64,000 bases of DNA from Chloroflexota bacterium (GCA_026706485.1 JAPOYR010000006.1:21194-85193); one strand, 5' to 3'. Shown: positions 17,660 to 26,380, counted from the stretch's first letter. A program made the numbers and translations. Notes: generated by a model not told the origin, from the letters alone.

Positions 17660-17780
17660 GGATCGTCGTCGCCGTGATACCATCGGCTGCCTTTCAGACC
17701 GCGTCCGGCATATTGGTTGCTGCCAAGCCGGGCGCGGTTTGTGTTTGCCCTTCAGGAACCCCTGATACTACCCCAACCGC

Positions 17781-18737
17781 CTACCGCTTGGGGTAGGCCC
17801 GCCCGCCGGCCGTGAGGTCCGCGTAGGTCAGGCGTTCGCCCACCATCCGGGCCGCAACCTCGCCCATGAGGTCCGCCGTGTCGAGTTCCCGGAGGCTCTG
17901 CCGGGTGGCCATCTCGTCCACGTAGCGCTGCAAGTGCTTGGGGCTGAAGTGGTGGTACGTCCCGTGGTAGGCCCGCTTGAGCATGGCCCAGAAGGACTCG
18001 ATGCCGTTCGTGTGCGCCTGGTCGTTCACGTACTCGCCCACACTGTGGCGGACGGTCTCGTGGTGCGGCAGGTGGTCGTAGGCCGGGTGCTCGTCCGTGT
18101 AGACCATGGCGTCCGGCGCCGCGTGGGCCGTGATGAAGAGGGCTAGCACGCTGCGGTTGATGTGGGTGATCGCCTGGGCGCGGACCTCGCGCGTCGTGCG
18201 GTCGCGCATGGCGATCACCGGAGCCTTGCCGATCGTCCCACGCCCGCGGTGCTGGCGATCCCGCGCGTGGCGGTTCTTCTCGCGGCCGCCGAAGTAGGAC
18301 TCGTCCACTTCGACCGGCCCGTCCAGCAAGTGGTCGTCAGCCGCCAGCGCTTCGCGGATGCGGTGGGCCATGAACCACGCGGACTTCTGCGTGATCTCGA
18401 GGTCGCGGTGGAGTTTCAGGCTCGACACGCCCTTGAGGTTCGTGGTGCTCAGGTAGATGCCCCACGCCCACTGGCGGAGCGTGATCTTGGAGCGCTCCAT
18501 GACGGTGCCGATCCGCACGCTGAAGTACTGGCGGCAGTCACGGCACCGGTAGGGCATGGGCTTGCCGCTGGCGACCGGCGTCACGTGCTCGCCGTCGCAG
18601 CGCGCGCACCGGACGCCATCGGGCCAGCGCTGGGCCTCAAACCACCGGCGGGCGGATTCCTCGTTCGGGAACCGGTCGGCCAGTTCCATGACGCTGATGC
18701 CCTCGCGGTGCGCTCGTCCGGGTCCCTTGGTCGCCAT
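17781..18737 (-). CDS. IS1595-family (ISXO2-like) DDE transposase
   Basis: 318 aa; N-terminal zinc-ribbon (CARCDGEH...CRDCRQYF), SYFGGREKN, GKAPVIAMRDRTT, YTDEHPAY motifs characteristic of IS1595/ISXO2 transposases. Confidence 0.85.
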   Translation of the reverse strand: MATKGPGRAHREGISVMELADRFPNEESARRWFEAQRWPDGVRCARCDGEHVTPVASGKPMPYRCRDCRQYFSVRIGTVMERSKITLRQWAWGIYLSTTNLKGVSSLKLHRDLEITQKSAWFMAHRIREALAADDHLLDGPVEVDESYFGGREKNRHARDRQHRGRGTIGKAPVIAMRDRTTREVRAQAITHINRSVLALFITAHAAPDAMVYTDEHPAYDHLPHHETVRHSVGEYVNDQAHTNGIESFWAMLKRAYHGTYHHFSPKHLQRYVDEMATRQSLRELDTADLMGEVAARMVGERLTYADLTAGGRAYPKR

Positions 18738-18808
18738 GCGTTGACCTCCGTTAAATGTGTGTAGCGACCGGGCCGACGAGATACCCGGTCGCTACACTCT
18801 CGTCTTGT

Positions 18809-18877
18809 GGGGCTGCCTCTGGCGAGGGCCGTGGGCTTCTAATCCAGGCGGCGAGGGTTCGATTCCCTCCAGCTCCA
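18809..18877 (+). ncRNA. tRNA-like structure B (same acceptor and T-arm as A, different core)
   Basis: GGGGCTGCC...GAGGGTTCGATTCCCTC-CAGCTCC-A, 69 nt. Shares the first 11 nt and last about 25 nt with structure A. Central 35 nt differ (contains CTTCTAAT loop-like segment). Direct orientation relative to A, 75 nt upstream of the transposase start. Confidence 0.3.
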
Positions 18878-19029
18878 TCTCCCAGGATGCGCGGCGGCCC
18901 GCCGCTCGTCAATCGAACAGAAACCGGACGGGCCATGTCGTGTGCTCCCTTCACTTCCTGCCCTAAGCGTAGTGGAATCCCGCCCGTTTGTCAAGTCAAG
19001 TATATAATCCCCTTCATCTAGGAATACTG

Positions 19030-19210
19030 ACGCAGCGAGTCTGGTCCCCTCATCCCACCCTTCTCCCCTGGGGAGAAGGAGCCGGACCAGCTGCCGGGTT
19101 GGGAGATGCCGCCACCGAAACTCTCCCGTCGCCGCTCGGTCGGCCCGCGGGCGACAGTCCGGTTCCCTCTCCCACAGGGAGAGGGTTAGGGTGAGGGGAT
19201 CTGCCCTGGG
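19030..19210. repeat. Nested palindromic repeat block (family F)
   Basis: cccctcatcccaccc TTCTCCCCTGGGGAGAA ... CCCTCTCCCACAGGGAGAGGG ttagggtgagggg: several perfect hairpins enclosed by an outer inverted pair. Gives spurious PSPTGRGLG-type ORFs. Confidence 0.55.
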
Positions 19211-19238
19211 CGAAACCGGGGTTGGCGACGACGGCCGT

Positions 19239-20417
19239 CTAGCTCGCCAAGACCTCCCGCAGAAGCCCGCCAATCTGCCGCAGCGTGTCAGGCCGCAGCA
19301 GGCCGAAGTTGTAGACCGCCACGCGGTCGACCGGCAGTTGCGCAATGCGCTCCAGCCGCGCGGCGAAATCGGGACCGCCGGGGTCGAACTCATCGGAGCC
19401 CCACAGCATGACCGCCAGCTCGATCTCACGCCGGGCCGACCGCGCCAGCGCGACCTGTCGCTTGGCCTCGTCGGCCTCGTCCGTCGGGTCCGGTAGCAGC
19501 AGGCCGTCGATCCGGGATGCCAAATCGGCCAGGCGCAGACCGGTGGGCCCCCAGCCTGCCGACGCGTGCGTCAGATTCAGGCGCGTTCCGGTTCCTCGCA
19601 GCGCGCGCTGCACGTCTTCCACCAGGCGTGTCGCCGATTGCTCGCGGGCTTCCAGGTAGCCGCGGAACTCCTCGTCCGCCTCGCCGCGCGCCGCGATCAT
19701 GGCCTCGAGGTCGCCGGACTCCTGTCTGCGTGACAGGCGATTGCGTAGCTCCCGCGCCACAGCCTCGCGCACCTCCACGGCGTCCACGCCGTGCGCCCGC
19801 GCCGCCGTGAGGCAGTTCTCGCAAAAGCACATCCCGGCCAGAAACCGGGTCCACGGATCGAAATCGATCAGAATGCGCTCGCGCACCCACCCGTAGGCAA
19901 ACTCCGGATGCCCCGGCCGCTCCAGCAGCGCGCTGTGCACGGGGTACTGGTCGCAGAGATCGCCCACCAGCGTTGCCAGATACTCCTGCACGTCCGGGCT
20001 CGCCGGGCACGTGGTGGCAAAGCTGCGTGCGCCGAAGGCGTTTTCCACCGCCGTATCGGGATAGGTGCGGGCGATCCACGGCTGGAGCATGCCGATCACC
20101 CAGGCATTGAGTTGGATGCCGCGTGACGGGGCGTGCTCGGCGGCCTGCGCGTAGGCGCTCAGCACCTCCGGCTCAGCGAAGACGCGGGGCTCGATGCGTC
20201 CGTACCGCTCGGCGCGGGCCGGAAAATACACCGCGCCCTGCTCGGAGTAGTGAATCGACCGCCCCAGGTTGCGCGGCGCGAAGGTCGAGATGGCGTGGTA
20301 GTTGGGGCAAAGCTCGATCGCCTCGAAGCCCGCGTCCCGCAGCCAGTCCAGCGCCGCCGCCACGCCCTCGTCGGCCAGGTCCCACGGATAGACCCAGACG
20401 GAGATTCGGCGATGCAT
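19239..20417 (-). CDS. Hypothetical protein (possible TIM-barrel glycosyl-hydrolase-like)
   Basis: 392 aa, good coding GC3, no motif I can name with confidence. Confidence 0.35.
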   Translation of the reverse strand: MHRRISVWVYPWDLADEGVAAALDWLRDAGFEAIELCPNYHAISTFAPRNLGRSIHYSEQGAVYFPARAERYGRIEPRVFAEPEVLSAYAQAAEHAPSRGIQLNAWVIGMLQPWIARTYPDTAVENAFGARSFATTCPASPDVQEYLATLVGDLCDQYPVHSALLERPGHPEFAYGWVRERILIDFDPWTRFLAGMCFCENCLTAARAHGVDAVEVREAVARELRNRLSRRQESGDLEAMIAARGEADEEFRGYLEAREQSATRLVEDVQRALRGTGTRLNLTHASAGWGPTGLRLADLASRIDGLLLPDPTDEADEAKRQVALARSARREIELAVMLWGSDEFDPGGPDFAARLERIAQLPVDRVAVYNFGLLRPDTLRQIGGLLREVLAS

Positions 20418-20514
20418 CGCGGTCTCCTCGGCGGTTGCAGTCCTATCCTAGGCTGCCAAGCCGTGGCTGCCGTCGCCCGTACTCCATTGCTGAGATGTAC
20501 CACTTTCGATACAC

Positions 20515-20874
20515 TTGCGGGTGCGCGTGGACCTGAAGCGCGTCCCGGCAGTCTTTTTCCGTTCCCGGTCCGGGGCGGAGCCGGTTCGGGACTGGCTGAG
20601 GTCACTGGATAAGCAGGATCGATTCAGGATTGGAACGGACCTCAAAACGGTTGAGTTCGGCTGGCCGATCGGAATGCCGACCTGCCGACCACTTGGACAG
20701 GGCCTTTACGAGGTGCGCACGACCCTGGGCAACAGGATCGCCCGAGTCTTGTTCTGCATCGGGGACAGTCGAATGATCCTGTTGCACGGATTCATCAAGA
20801 AAACGCAGAAGACGCCTAAGCCTGATCTCGACCTGGCACGAGCGCGCCAGCGGGCCTGGGAGGACGCATCGTGA
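20515..20874 (+). CDS. higB: HigB-like RelE/ParE-superfamily toxin (Gp49/DUF891-like)
   Basis: PAVFFRSRSGAEPVRDWLRSL...GQGLYEVRTTLGNRIARVLFCI...ILLHGFIKKTQKTP matches the HigB/Gp49 killer-protein family. Toxin gene precedes the antitoxin, 4-nt overlap. Confidence 0.65.
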   Translation: MRVRVDLKRVPAVFFRSRSGAEPVRDWLRSLDKQDRFRIGTDLKTVEFGWPIGMPTCRPLGQGLYEVRTTLGNRIARVLFCIGDSRMILLHGFIKKTQKTPKPDLDLARARQRAWEDAS

Positions 20875-21173
20875 CGACTACATCCAACCCACACCTTGGG
20901 TCTACCCTGGATGACCTGCTCGACTCCGACGGTACTCGTGCCGAAGCTGAGGCCGTCGCGGTCAAGCGCGTCATCGCCTGGCAGATCGATGAGGCGATGA
21001 CTTCCGAACGCCTCGGCAAGGCCGAAATGGCGCGGCGCATGAATACGAGCCGGGCTGCCCTGGACCGCCTGCTGGATCCCGACAACGTCTCAGTGACGCT
21101 CCGGACGCTGCACAAGGCCGCTGCCGCCCTCGACAAGCGACTCGAGATCGGGCTGGTCGACTCCCGCACCTAG
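20871..21173 (+). CDS. higA: HigA-like XRE-family HTH antitoxin
   Basis: 100 aa; helix-turn-helix ERLGKAEMARRMNTSRAALDRLL. Coupled to higB. Confidence 0.7.
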   Translation: MTTTSNPHLGSTLDDLLDSDGTRAEAEAVAVKRVIAWQIDEAMTSERLGKAEMARRMNTSRAALDRLLDPDNVSVTLRTLHKAAAALDKRLEIGLVDSRT

Positions 21174-21317
21174 CCAGACTCAGAAGTCCGCACGTGCCCG
21201 CGAAGCCCGGACCTGCTGCAATCGGCACGCCGACTTGGAACGTCTCTCGGAGTACCGTTGGGGCGAGGTCCATAATGGACCGTCGCGCGCGCCCGCTCAG
21301 CTCAAGGAAGAAATCCG

Positions 21318-22256
21318 ATGAATAACGGTCGAACGGTCTTCATGAACGGCAAGTTCGTGCCCGAAACCGACGCGCGCGTGTCGGTGTTCGACTCGGCGCT
21401 GGTGTGGGGCGACATGGTGTTCGAGACCACGCGCTCGTTCGGGCATCGCCCGTTCAAGCTGCGCGAGCACCTGGAGCGGCTGAACGCGTCCATGATCGCC
21501 AGCGACATTGACTGCGGCATGACGCTGGACCTGCTGGAAGAAGCCACCGACGAGCTCGTGCGCCGCAACGCGCCGCTCTATCCGCCCGACGTCGACTTCA
21601 CCATCGTGCACAACGTATCGCCCGGCGTCTTTGCGCTCTACGCGGACGTGGCGCCCGAAGCCGGGCAGCCGACGGTGGCGATCCACACCTGGCCGCTGAT
21701 TCCCTACATCGGGCCGATGGCGGACTGGTTCGACACCGGCGTGCACGCCCACGTGCCGCGGCAGCATGCGATTCCCGGGCGCCTGCTCGATCCGAAGGTC
21801 AAGAGCCGCTCGCGCATGCACTACCGGCTGGCGCTCAACGAGGCCCAGCGGCACGGCGACGACACCTGGGCCGTGCTGGTCGACGAGGACGGCTATCTGA
21901 CTGAAGGCACCGGCTCCAACTTCTTCGTCGTCCGCGACGGCGAACTGCTCACGCCCGAGCCGCGGCACATCCTGCGCGGCGTGACGCGGCAGTCCATCCT
22001 GGACCTGGCTGCCGAAATCGGCGTGCCGGTCCGTGAGGCCAACCTCGAGCCCTACGACGTCATCGTGGCGCAAGAGGCGTTCTTCGCCTCGACGCCTTTC
22101 GTCATGATGCCGGCCACGCGCTTCAACGACCGCCCCGTCGGTGACGGCGCCGTGGGACCGATCACATTGCGCCTGCTCGACGCCTTCAGCGAGACCGTGG
22201 GCGTGGACATCGTCGCCCAGGCCAAAGCCTACGGCCGGCGCCTCCGCGCCGGTTAG
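21318..22256 (+). CDS. Class IV PLP-dependent aminotransferase (branched-chain / D-amino-acid aminotransferase family)
   Basis: 312 aa fold-type IV pattern (FDSALVWGDMVFETTR..., EGTGSNFFVV). AAGGAAG RBS. Confidence 0.75.
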   Translation: MNNGRTVFMNGKFVPETDARVSVFDSALVWGDMVFETTRSFGHRPFKLREHLERLNASMIASDIDCGMTLDLLEEATDELVRRNAPLYPPDVDFTIVHNVSPGVFALYADVAPEAGQPTVAIHTWPLIPYIGPMADWFDTGVHAHVPRQHAIPGRLLDPKVKSRSRMHYRLALNEAQRHGDDTWAVLVDEDGYLTEGTGSNFFVVRDGELLTPEPRHILRGVTRQSILDLAAEIGVPVREANLEPYDVIVAQEAFFASTPFVMMPATRFNDRPVGDGAVGPITLRLLDAFSETVGVDIVAQAKAYGRRLRAG

Positions 22257-22952
22257 CTAACCGTCATCGGCGCCGCGCCGCAGGTTGTGCGTGAGCACGC
22301 CGACGACGCCCGCGGCGAGTCCGCCGGCGATCGGTCCGAGCCAATAGATCCAGTGCGCCTCGAATTTCCAGTTCACGATGGCGGGGCCCAGGCTGCGCGC
22401 CGGGTTCATCGAGGCGCCGGTGATCGCGCCTCCCACGAGGATCAAGGCTCCCAGCGTGGAGCCAATGGCGACGCCCGCCGCGGCCGCCGGCACCTTGCCG
22501 CTCAGAGCTACGCCGATGATCACGGTCACCAGCAGGAACGTCATCACGGCTTCGAGCAGGACGGCCTGGCCGGCGCTCACCTCCGCCGCGGGCAGCGTCA
22601 TGGCCGTGCCATGACCCATCGGCCAGGTCCAGGCGTGCAGCAGCGCACCGAACAGTCCTCCCGCGATCTGCGCCACGACGTACGGAGGGACTTGCCGCAG
22701 CGGGAACTTGCCGATGGACGCCAGGCTCAGCGTCACGGCGGGGTTGATGTGGCAGCCGGACACGTGGCCGATGGCGTACACCAGCCCCGCCAGAATGCAG
22801 GCGTGGCCAAAGGCTGGGATGAGCAGGTCGCCGGCGGCGATGCCGCCGAACCCGACTTGCGCCATGGATGTCGTCATCATCGCCACGAACACGAGCAGCG
22901 TCGTGCCGACGAACTCGGCCAGCAGGACTCGAGGCTGGAGCGACATGGTCAT
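22257..22952 (-). CDS. aqpZ: Aquaporin / MIP-family channel
   Basis: Two NPA boxes (HINPAVT, NPARS), six TM. Start placed at MTMSLQ (ORF extends to 23045 with TTG). Confidence 0.8.
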   Translation of the reverse strand: MTMSLQPRVLLAEFVGTTLLVFVAMMTTSMAQVGFGGIAAGDLLIPAFGHACILAGLVYAIGHVSGCHINPAVTLSLASIGKFPLRQVPPYVVAQIAGGLFGALLHAWTWPMGHGTAMTLPAAEVSAGQAVLLEAVMTFLLVTVIIGVALSGKVPAAAAGVAIGSTLGALILVGGAITGASMNPARSLGPAIVNWKFEAHWIYWLGPIAGGLAAGVVGVLTHNLRRGADDG

Positions 22953-23147
22953 GGGGCAATTCCCGGTCCTGGATTCCCGTGGCCGCGGGAATAACGAAAC
23001 CTCAGCCGCGCCTCGATAATTCCAGTGGGGCCGTCCCGGTGACAACGGGAGAGCCTTATTGCGATATTATCGCAATAGTGAATCCGCAATCGTTGACAAT
23101 GGGGACGATCGGCCGGCATCCACCGCGACCGGCGATCGTGGAGGTCT

Positions 23148-24449
23148 ATGCCTGAACCGCCGGACGTGACGCACTCGCACTTGTGGCGACCTGGCCAGCC
23201 GATCAACCGCCGTGCGCTGCTTGGCGTATCGCTCCTCGGCGCGGCGGCGGTGGCGACGACCCCGCTGCTCGCCCAATCGGTGACCGAGGAAGAGATCGAG
23301 GCCACCGAGCAGGAAATCGAGCGTGTGGACAGTGAGCGGCGCGCCGCCGAGGCGCTCGTGGCGGCGTCGATCGCGCGCGAAAGCACGCTGCAGCAGCAAC
23401 TGGCCGTCATCGACCGCGACCGCTACTTGGCCGCCCAGCGGCTCATCCAAGTCAAGCGGGAGCTCGAGACCGTGGAGCTCGAAGTCTTCGACATCAACCA
23501 GTCCATCGGCGATCTCAACGTCGCGTTGGCCAGCGAGACCTCGGTGCTCGAGCGGAAGGCGCGATCGCTGTATAAAGCGGGCCGCACGACGTTGTTGGAA
23601 CAGGTCCTCGCCGCCGACTCCTTCGCCAGCGCGCTCGACCGCGCGGCGTCGCTCGAGCGGTTGCTGGCGCGCGGCGTCGCCGACATTGGCCAGCTCCGGT
23701 TGCGGCGCAGCGAGATTCAGCTGCGCACGGCCGATCTGACGGCCCGTCTCGACCGGCAGCAGGAGCTGCAGGCCGAAGCCGAGTCGATCGAGGCCGAGCT
23801 GGTGCGTCGGTCCGAGGAGCAGCGCGACCTCATCTTCAACGTGCAGCAGGAGCAGGCGGAGCGCCAGGAGGATGTGCGGGCCTTTGAACGTGAGTCGGAG
23901 GCCATCGCCTACCGCGTGCGGCTCCTGCGTGACATCTACGAACGGCAACTGGTTGAAGAGGAGCGTCGGCGGGCGGCCGCTGAGGCGCTGGAGCGGGCGC
24001 AACAGTTCGCGAGCGACGTCATCAGGCAGCAGAACCCCGGCGCGGCCGGCCCCTATATCTGGCCGCTGCTGGGCCTCATCACCACCGAGTACGGCGGGTG
24101 CACCTTCGGGCAGTGCCCCCACCTGGGCATGGATATTGCCGCCTCGTCGGGCACGCCCATCGTCGCGGCCAACGACGGCGTGGTGCTCGCCGCGGGCCTT
24201 GTGGTGCCGGGCGACCGGCGCGCGTCCTACGGGATGATCGTGATCATTGCCCACAGCGAAACCGAAGAGACCCTCTACGCCCATCTCGACGACCTCACCT
24301 GGCCCCCGCCAGTCACGCCCGGGCAGTTTGTGAGCCGCGGGCAGACGATTGGGTTCGTTGGCCTGACCGGCTGGACCACCGGCCCCCACCTCCACCTGGA
24401 ATACCGGGTTGGCGGGGCCGCTAGTGACCCGCGGCAGGTGCTGGTCTAG
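23148..24449 (+). CDS. M23-family peptidoglycan metalloendopeptidase with N-terminal coiled-coil (EnvC-like)
   Basis: Tat-type signal RRALLGVSLLGAAAV, long coiled-coil, C-terminal LytM/M23 domain (HLGMDIAA...GPHLHLEY). Confidence 0.75.
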   Translation: MPEPPDVTHSHLWRPGQPINRRALLGVSLLGAAAVATTPLLAQSVTEEEIEATEQEIERVDSERRAAEALVAASIARESTLQQQLAVIDRDRYLAAQRLIQVKRELETVELEVFDINQSIGDLNVALASETSVLERKARSLYKAGRTTLLEQVLAADSFASALDRAASLERLLARGVADIGQLRLRRSEIQLRTADLTARLDRQQELQAEAESIEAELVRRSEEQRDLIFNVQQEQAERQEDVRAFERESEAIAYRVRLLRDIYERQLVEEERRRAAAEALERAQQFASDVIRQQNPGAAGPYIWPLLGLITTEYGGCTFGQCPHLGMDIAASSGTPIVAANDGVVLAAGLVVPGDRRASYGMIVIIAHSETEETLYAHLDDLTWPPPVTPGQFVSRGQTIGFVGLTGWTTGPHLHLEYRVGGAASDPRQVLV

Positions 24450-24471
24450 CCCACTCCGGCGGCTCGCCCGC

Positions 24472-24813
24472 TCAATCCAGGCGCCGGAAGAAGCACGTCC
24501 GCTCGCCGGTGTGACAGGCGGGCCCGGCTGGACGGACCTTTACGACAAGGGCGTCCGCGTCGCAGTCGATGAGAATCGACTCCACCGTCAGCACGTTGCC
24601 CGACGTGGCGCCCTTGTGCCACAGCTCTTGCCGGCTGCGGCTCCAGAACCACGCCTCGCCCGACGCCTGCGTGCGCGCCAGCGATTCGCGGTTCATGTAG
24701 GCGAGCATCAAGACCTCGCCTGTCGAGGCGTCCTGGCAAATCGCGGGCACCAACCCGCGATCGTCAAACGCGGGCTGGACGGTCTCGGCTGGCGCGGCAG
24801 CGCGCATGGACAT
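24472..24813 (-). CDS. hisI: Phosphoribosyl-AMP cyclohydrolase HisI
   Basis: 113 aa; GLVPAICQD...[19 protein letters not shown]...[10 protein letters not shown]...CHTGERTCF canonical HisI. Confidence 0.85.
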   Translation of the reverse strand: MSMRAAAPAETVQPAFDDRGLVPAICQDASTGEVLMLAYMNRESLARTQASGEAWFWSRSRQELWHKGATSGNVLTVESILIDCDADALVVKVRPAGPACHTGERTCFFRRLD

Positions 24814-24852
24814 TGGGTCGATCCTCTCCGACGTGCGTCGCGGGCCGCCGGG

Positions 24853-25563
24853 CTAGACGGCGGCTTTCATCTGCTGGTACTGGGCCTCCATGGTTCCGTT
24901 CACCACCAGCGTCGCGTCGAGGCCATCCGCCAGCGTCTCCAGCGCGCTGCCGGGGATGGCGGCCAGCACGTAGGCGTCGGGGATTTCGGTAAACGTGCGC
25001 ATGCCGATGCAACCGAGCGAAATCGAGGCCGCGTCGCGCCCCGCGGCCGTCGGCAGCACGCCGCAGGCGGGACGGCCGAACACGCCGTCTTGCGGACCGG
25101 TCCACAGCGTGCCGCCCAGGCTCTCTTCGAGATACATCGTCTGCTTGGGCGTCAGCCACAGGATCACGTTGTCGGGTGCGAGCGGAAACGTCGCCAGGGG
25201 ACCGTAGACCGCGCCCTTCGGACCCTGATCGAAGTGCGGAATGTGCGGAATCTCCTCTTCGCGGATGTAGGCCAGCGCGCACATGTCGCCGACCAGGCCC
25301 ATCAGCTCTTCCTGTTTGGGGGCGGGCAGCTCGAATCCCATCACCATCGCCCCGATGGGACAGCCCATGTGCGCCGCCTCATCGGCGAAGAACACCTGCT
25401 CCTCGGCGCGGCGCCAAAACGTGCACGCCGACGGCACCGCGTCGGTCCACGCCGCGATCCCTGCCGGGCGCGCGTCCACGCGCGCGACCGCCACCGGCGG
25501 ATACTCGAGGTCAAGGGCGGTCTGAAGTCGGGCGGCCAGATCGGCGTGGGGCGTGGACGTCAT
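24853..25563 (-). CDS. DUF169-domain protein
   Basis: About 236 aa from MTSTPHADL; resembles the uncharacterised DUF169 family. Confidence 0.5.
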   Translation of the reverse strand: MTSTPHADLAARLQTALDLEYPPVAVARVDARPAGIAAWTDAVPSACTFWRRAEEQVFFADEAAHMGCPIGAMVMGFELPAPKQEELMGLVGDMCALAYIREEEIPHIPHFDQGPKGAVYGPLATFPLAPDNVILWLTPKQTMYLEESLGGTLWTGPQDGVFGRPACGVLPTAAGRDAASISLGCIGMRTFTEIPDAYVLAAIPGSALETLADGLDATLVVNGTMEAQYQQMKAAV

Positions 25564-25713
25564 GCTTGCTCCATAGGGCGGCAAGGCCGCCGGCGTCAGC
25601 AGGTAGGCACTGCCGAGTTCTTTAGCGAGTCACTCGATGGTGACACACCCGGGGGACAACGTCTCAATTGGGTCGACCACCGGCTGTCGGTCGCCGGCGA
25701 CTGGCGCCGTTCG

Positions 25714-26151
25714 CTAGTTCGCGGTGCTGTGGCACGGACCGCACAGCCCAAACACTTCCAGGCTGTGGCCGGTCACGGCGAATCCGGTCTCGAGCTCAAC
25801 CTCGTTGGTGATCGCGTCGAACGTGCACCGTTCGATGATTTCGACGGTGCCGCAGGTTTGGCACACGACGTGGTGCTGATCGGGCGACCGGCGCGCCAGA
25901 TAGCGGTGTTGCTCCGGTGAGGGGTGCACCGTTTCCACCGCGTCGATGTCCCGCAGGAGGTCCAGCGTGCGGTACACGGTGCTTCGCGACGCGTCGCCAT
26001 CGGATCGCTGCACCGCGCTGACCAGCTCTTCGGCTGAAATTCCGGCCGGCGCCGCGTCGATGGCCGCAAGGATGAGGCGCCGTTGTTCGGTGACGCGGCC
26101 GCCCGCGTCGCGCAGGGCGGCGAGGGTGCGGTTGATCCAGGCGGACTTCAT
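25714..26151 (-). CDS. Fur-family metalloregulator (Fur/Zur/PerR)
   Basis: Winged-helix STVYRTLDLL plus C-terminal CxxC...CxxC structural-zinc motifs (CQTCGTVEI...CGPC). Confidence 0.8.
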   Translation of the reverse strand: MKSAWINRTLAALRDAGGRVTEQRRLILAAIDAAPAGISAEELVSAVQRSDGDASRSTVYRTLDLLRDIDAVETVHPSPEQHRYLARRSPDQHHVVCQTCGTVEIIERCTFDAITNEVELETGFAVTGHSLEVFGLCGPCHSTAN

Positions 26152-26380
26152 GGCGGCCTGCCGGCGCAAACGCGTGAAATGGAGCGGCGCGGTCCAATTG
26201 TACGGCCTGTCGCCATTTGTTACGGCTTCCGATTGTTACTGAAGTCACCGACGGACCGGTCACGGTCTTCTGGGCGCGGCTCGTGCGGTGTGCGTGGCCT
26301 TGCCCACACACGCATGGCCCTGGCGGCTCGCGTGGCACAATTCCCACTGCGTTTCCGACGGCTGAGCCTCACCGCTCGAG

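Larger units (their letters stand above)
16113..19012. mobile_element. 2.9-kb IS1595-family transposon-like element with passenger genes
   Basis: Perfect 22-bp terminal inverted repeats GGGGATTATATACTTGACTTGA (16113-16134, reverse complement at 18991-19012). Flanked by 8-bp direct repeat TTCATCTA (16105-16112 and 19013-19020), the TSD length typical of IS1595. Single IS1595/ISXO2-type transposase inside. Lower GC interior. Confidence 0.75.

Noticed and set aside
17459-17683. Zinc-ribbon ORF as a definite gene.
   Set aside because: Fully overlaps a plus-strand ORF with better coding character; cannot decide without expression data, so not listed as a feature.
16204-18877. Calling the two tRNA-like segments ordinary tRNA genes, or attL/attR duplicates of a tRNA 3' half.
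   Set aside because: No canonical D-arm or anticodon arm could be drawn, and the core is 4 nt too short. Both copies include the 5' acceptor strand, and the real mobile-element boundaries are the 22-bp IRs with TSD, not these segments. Kept only as low-confidence tRNA-like structures.
24409-25920. 503-aa plus-strand ORF overlapping hisI, the DUF169 gene and fur.
   Set aside because: Opposite three independently recognisable minus-strand genes; composition typical of GC-driven open frames.
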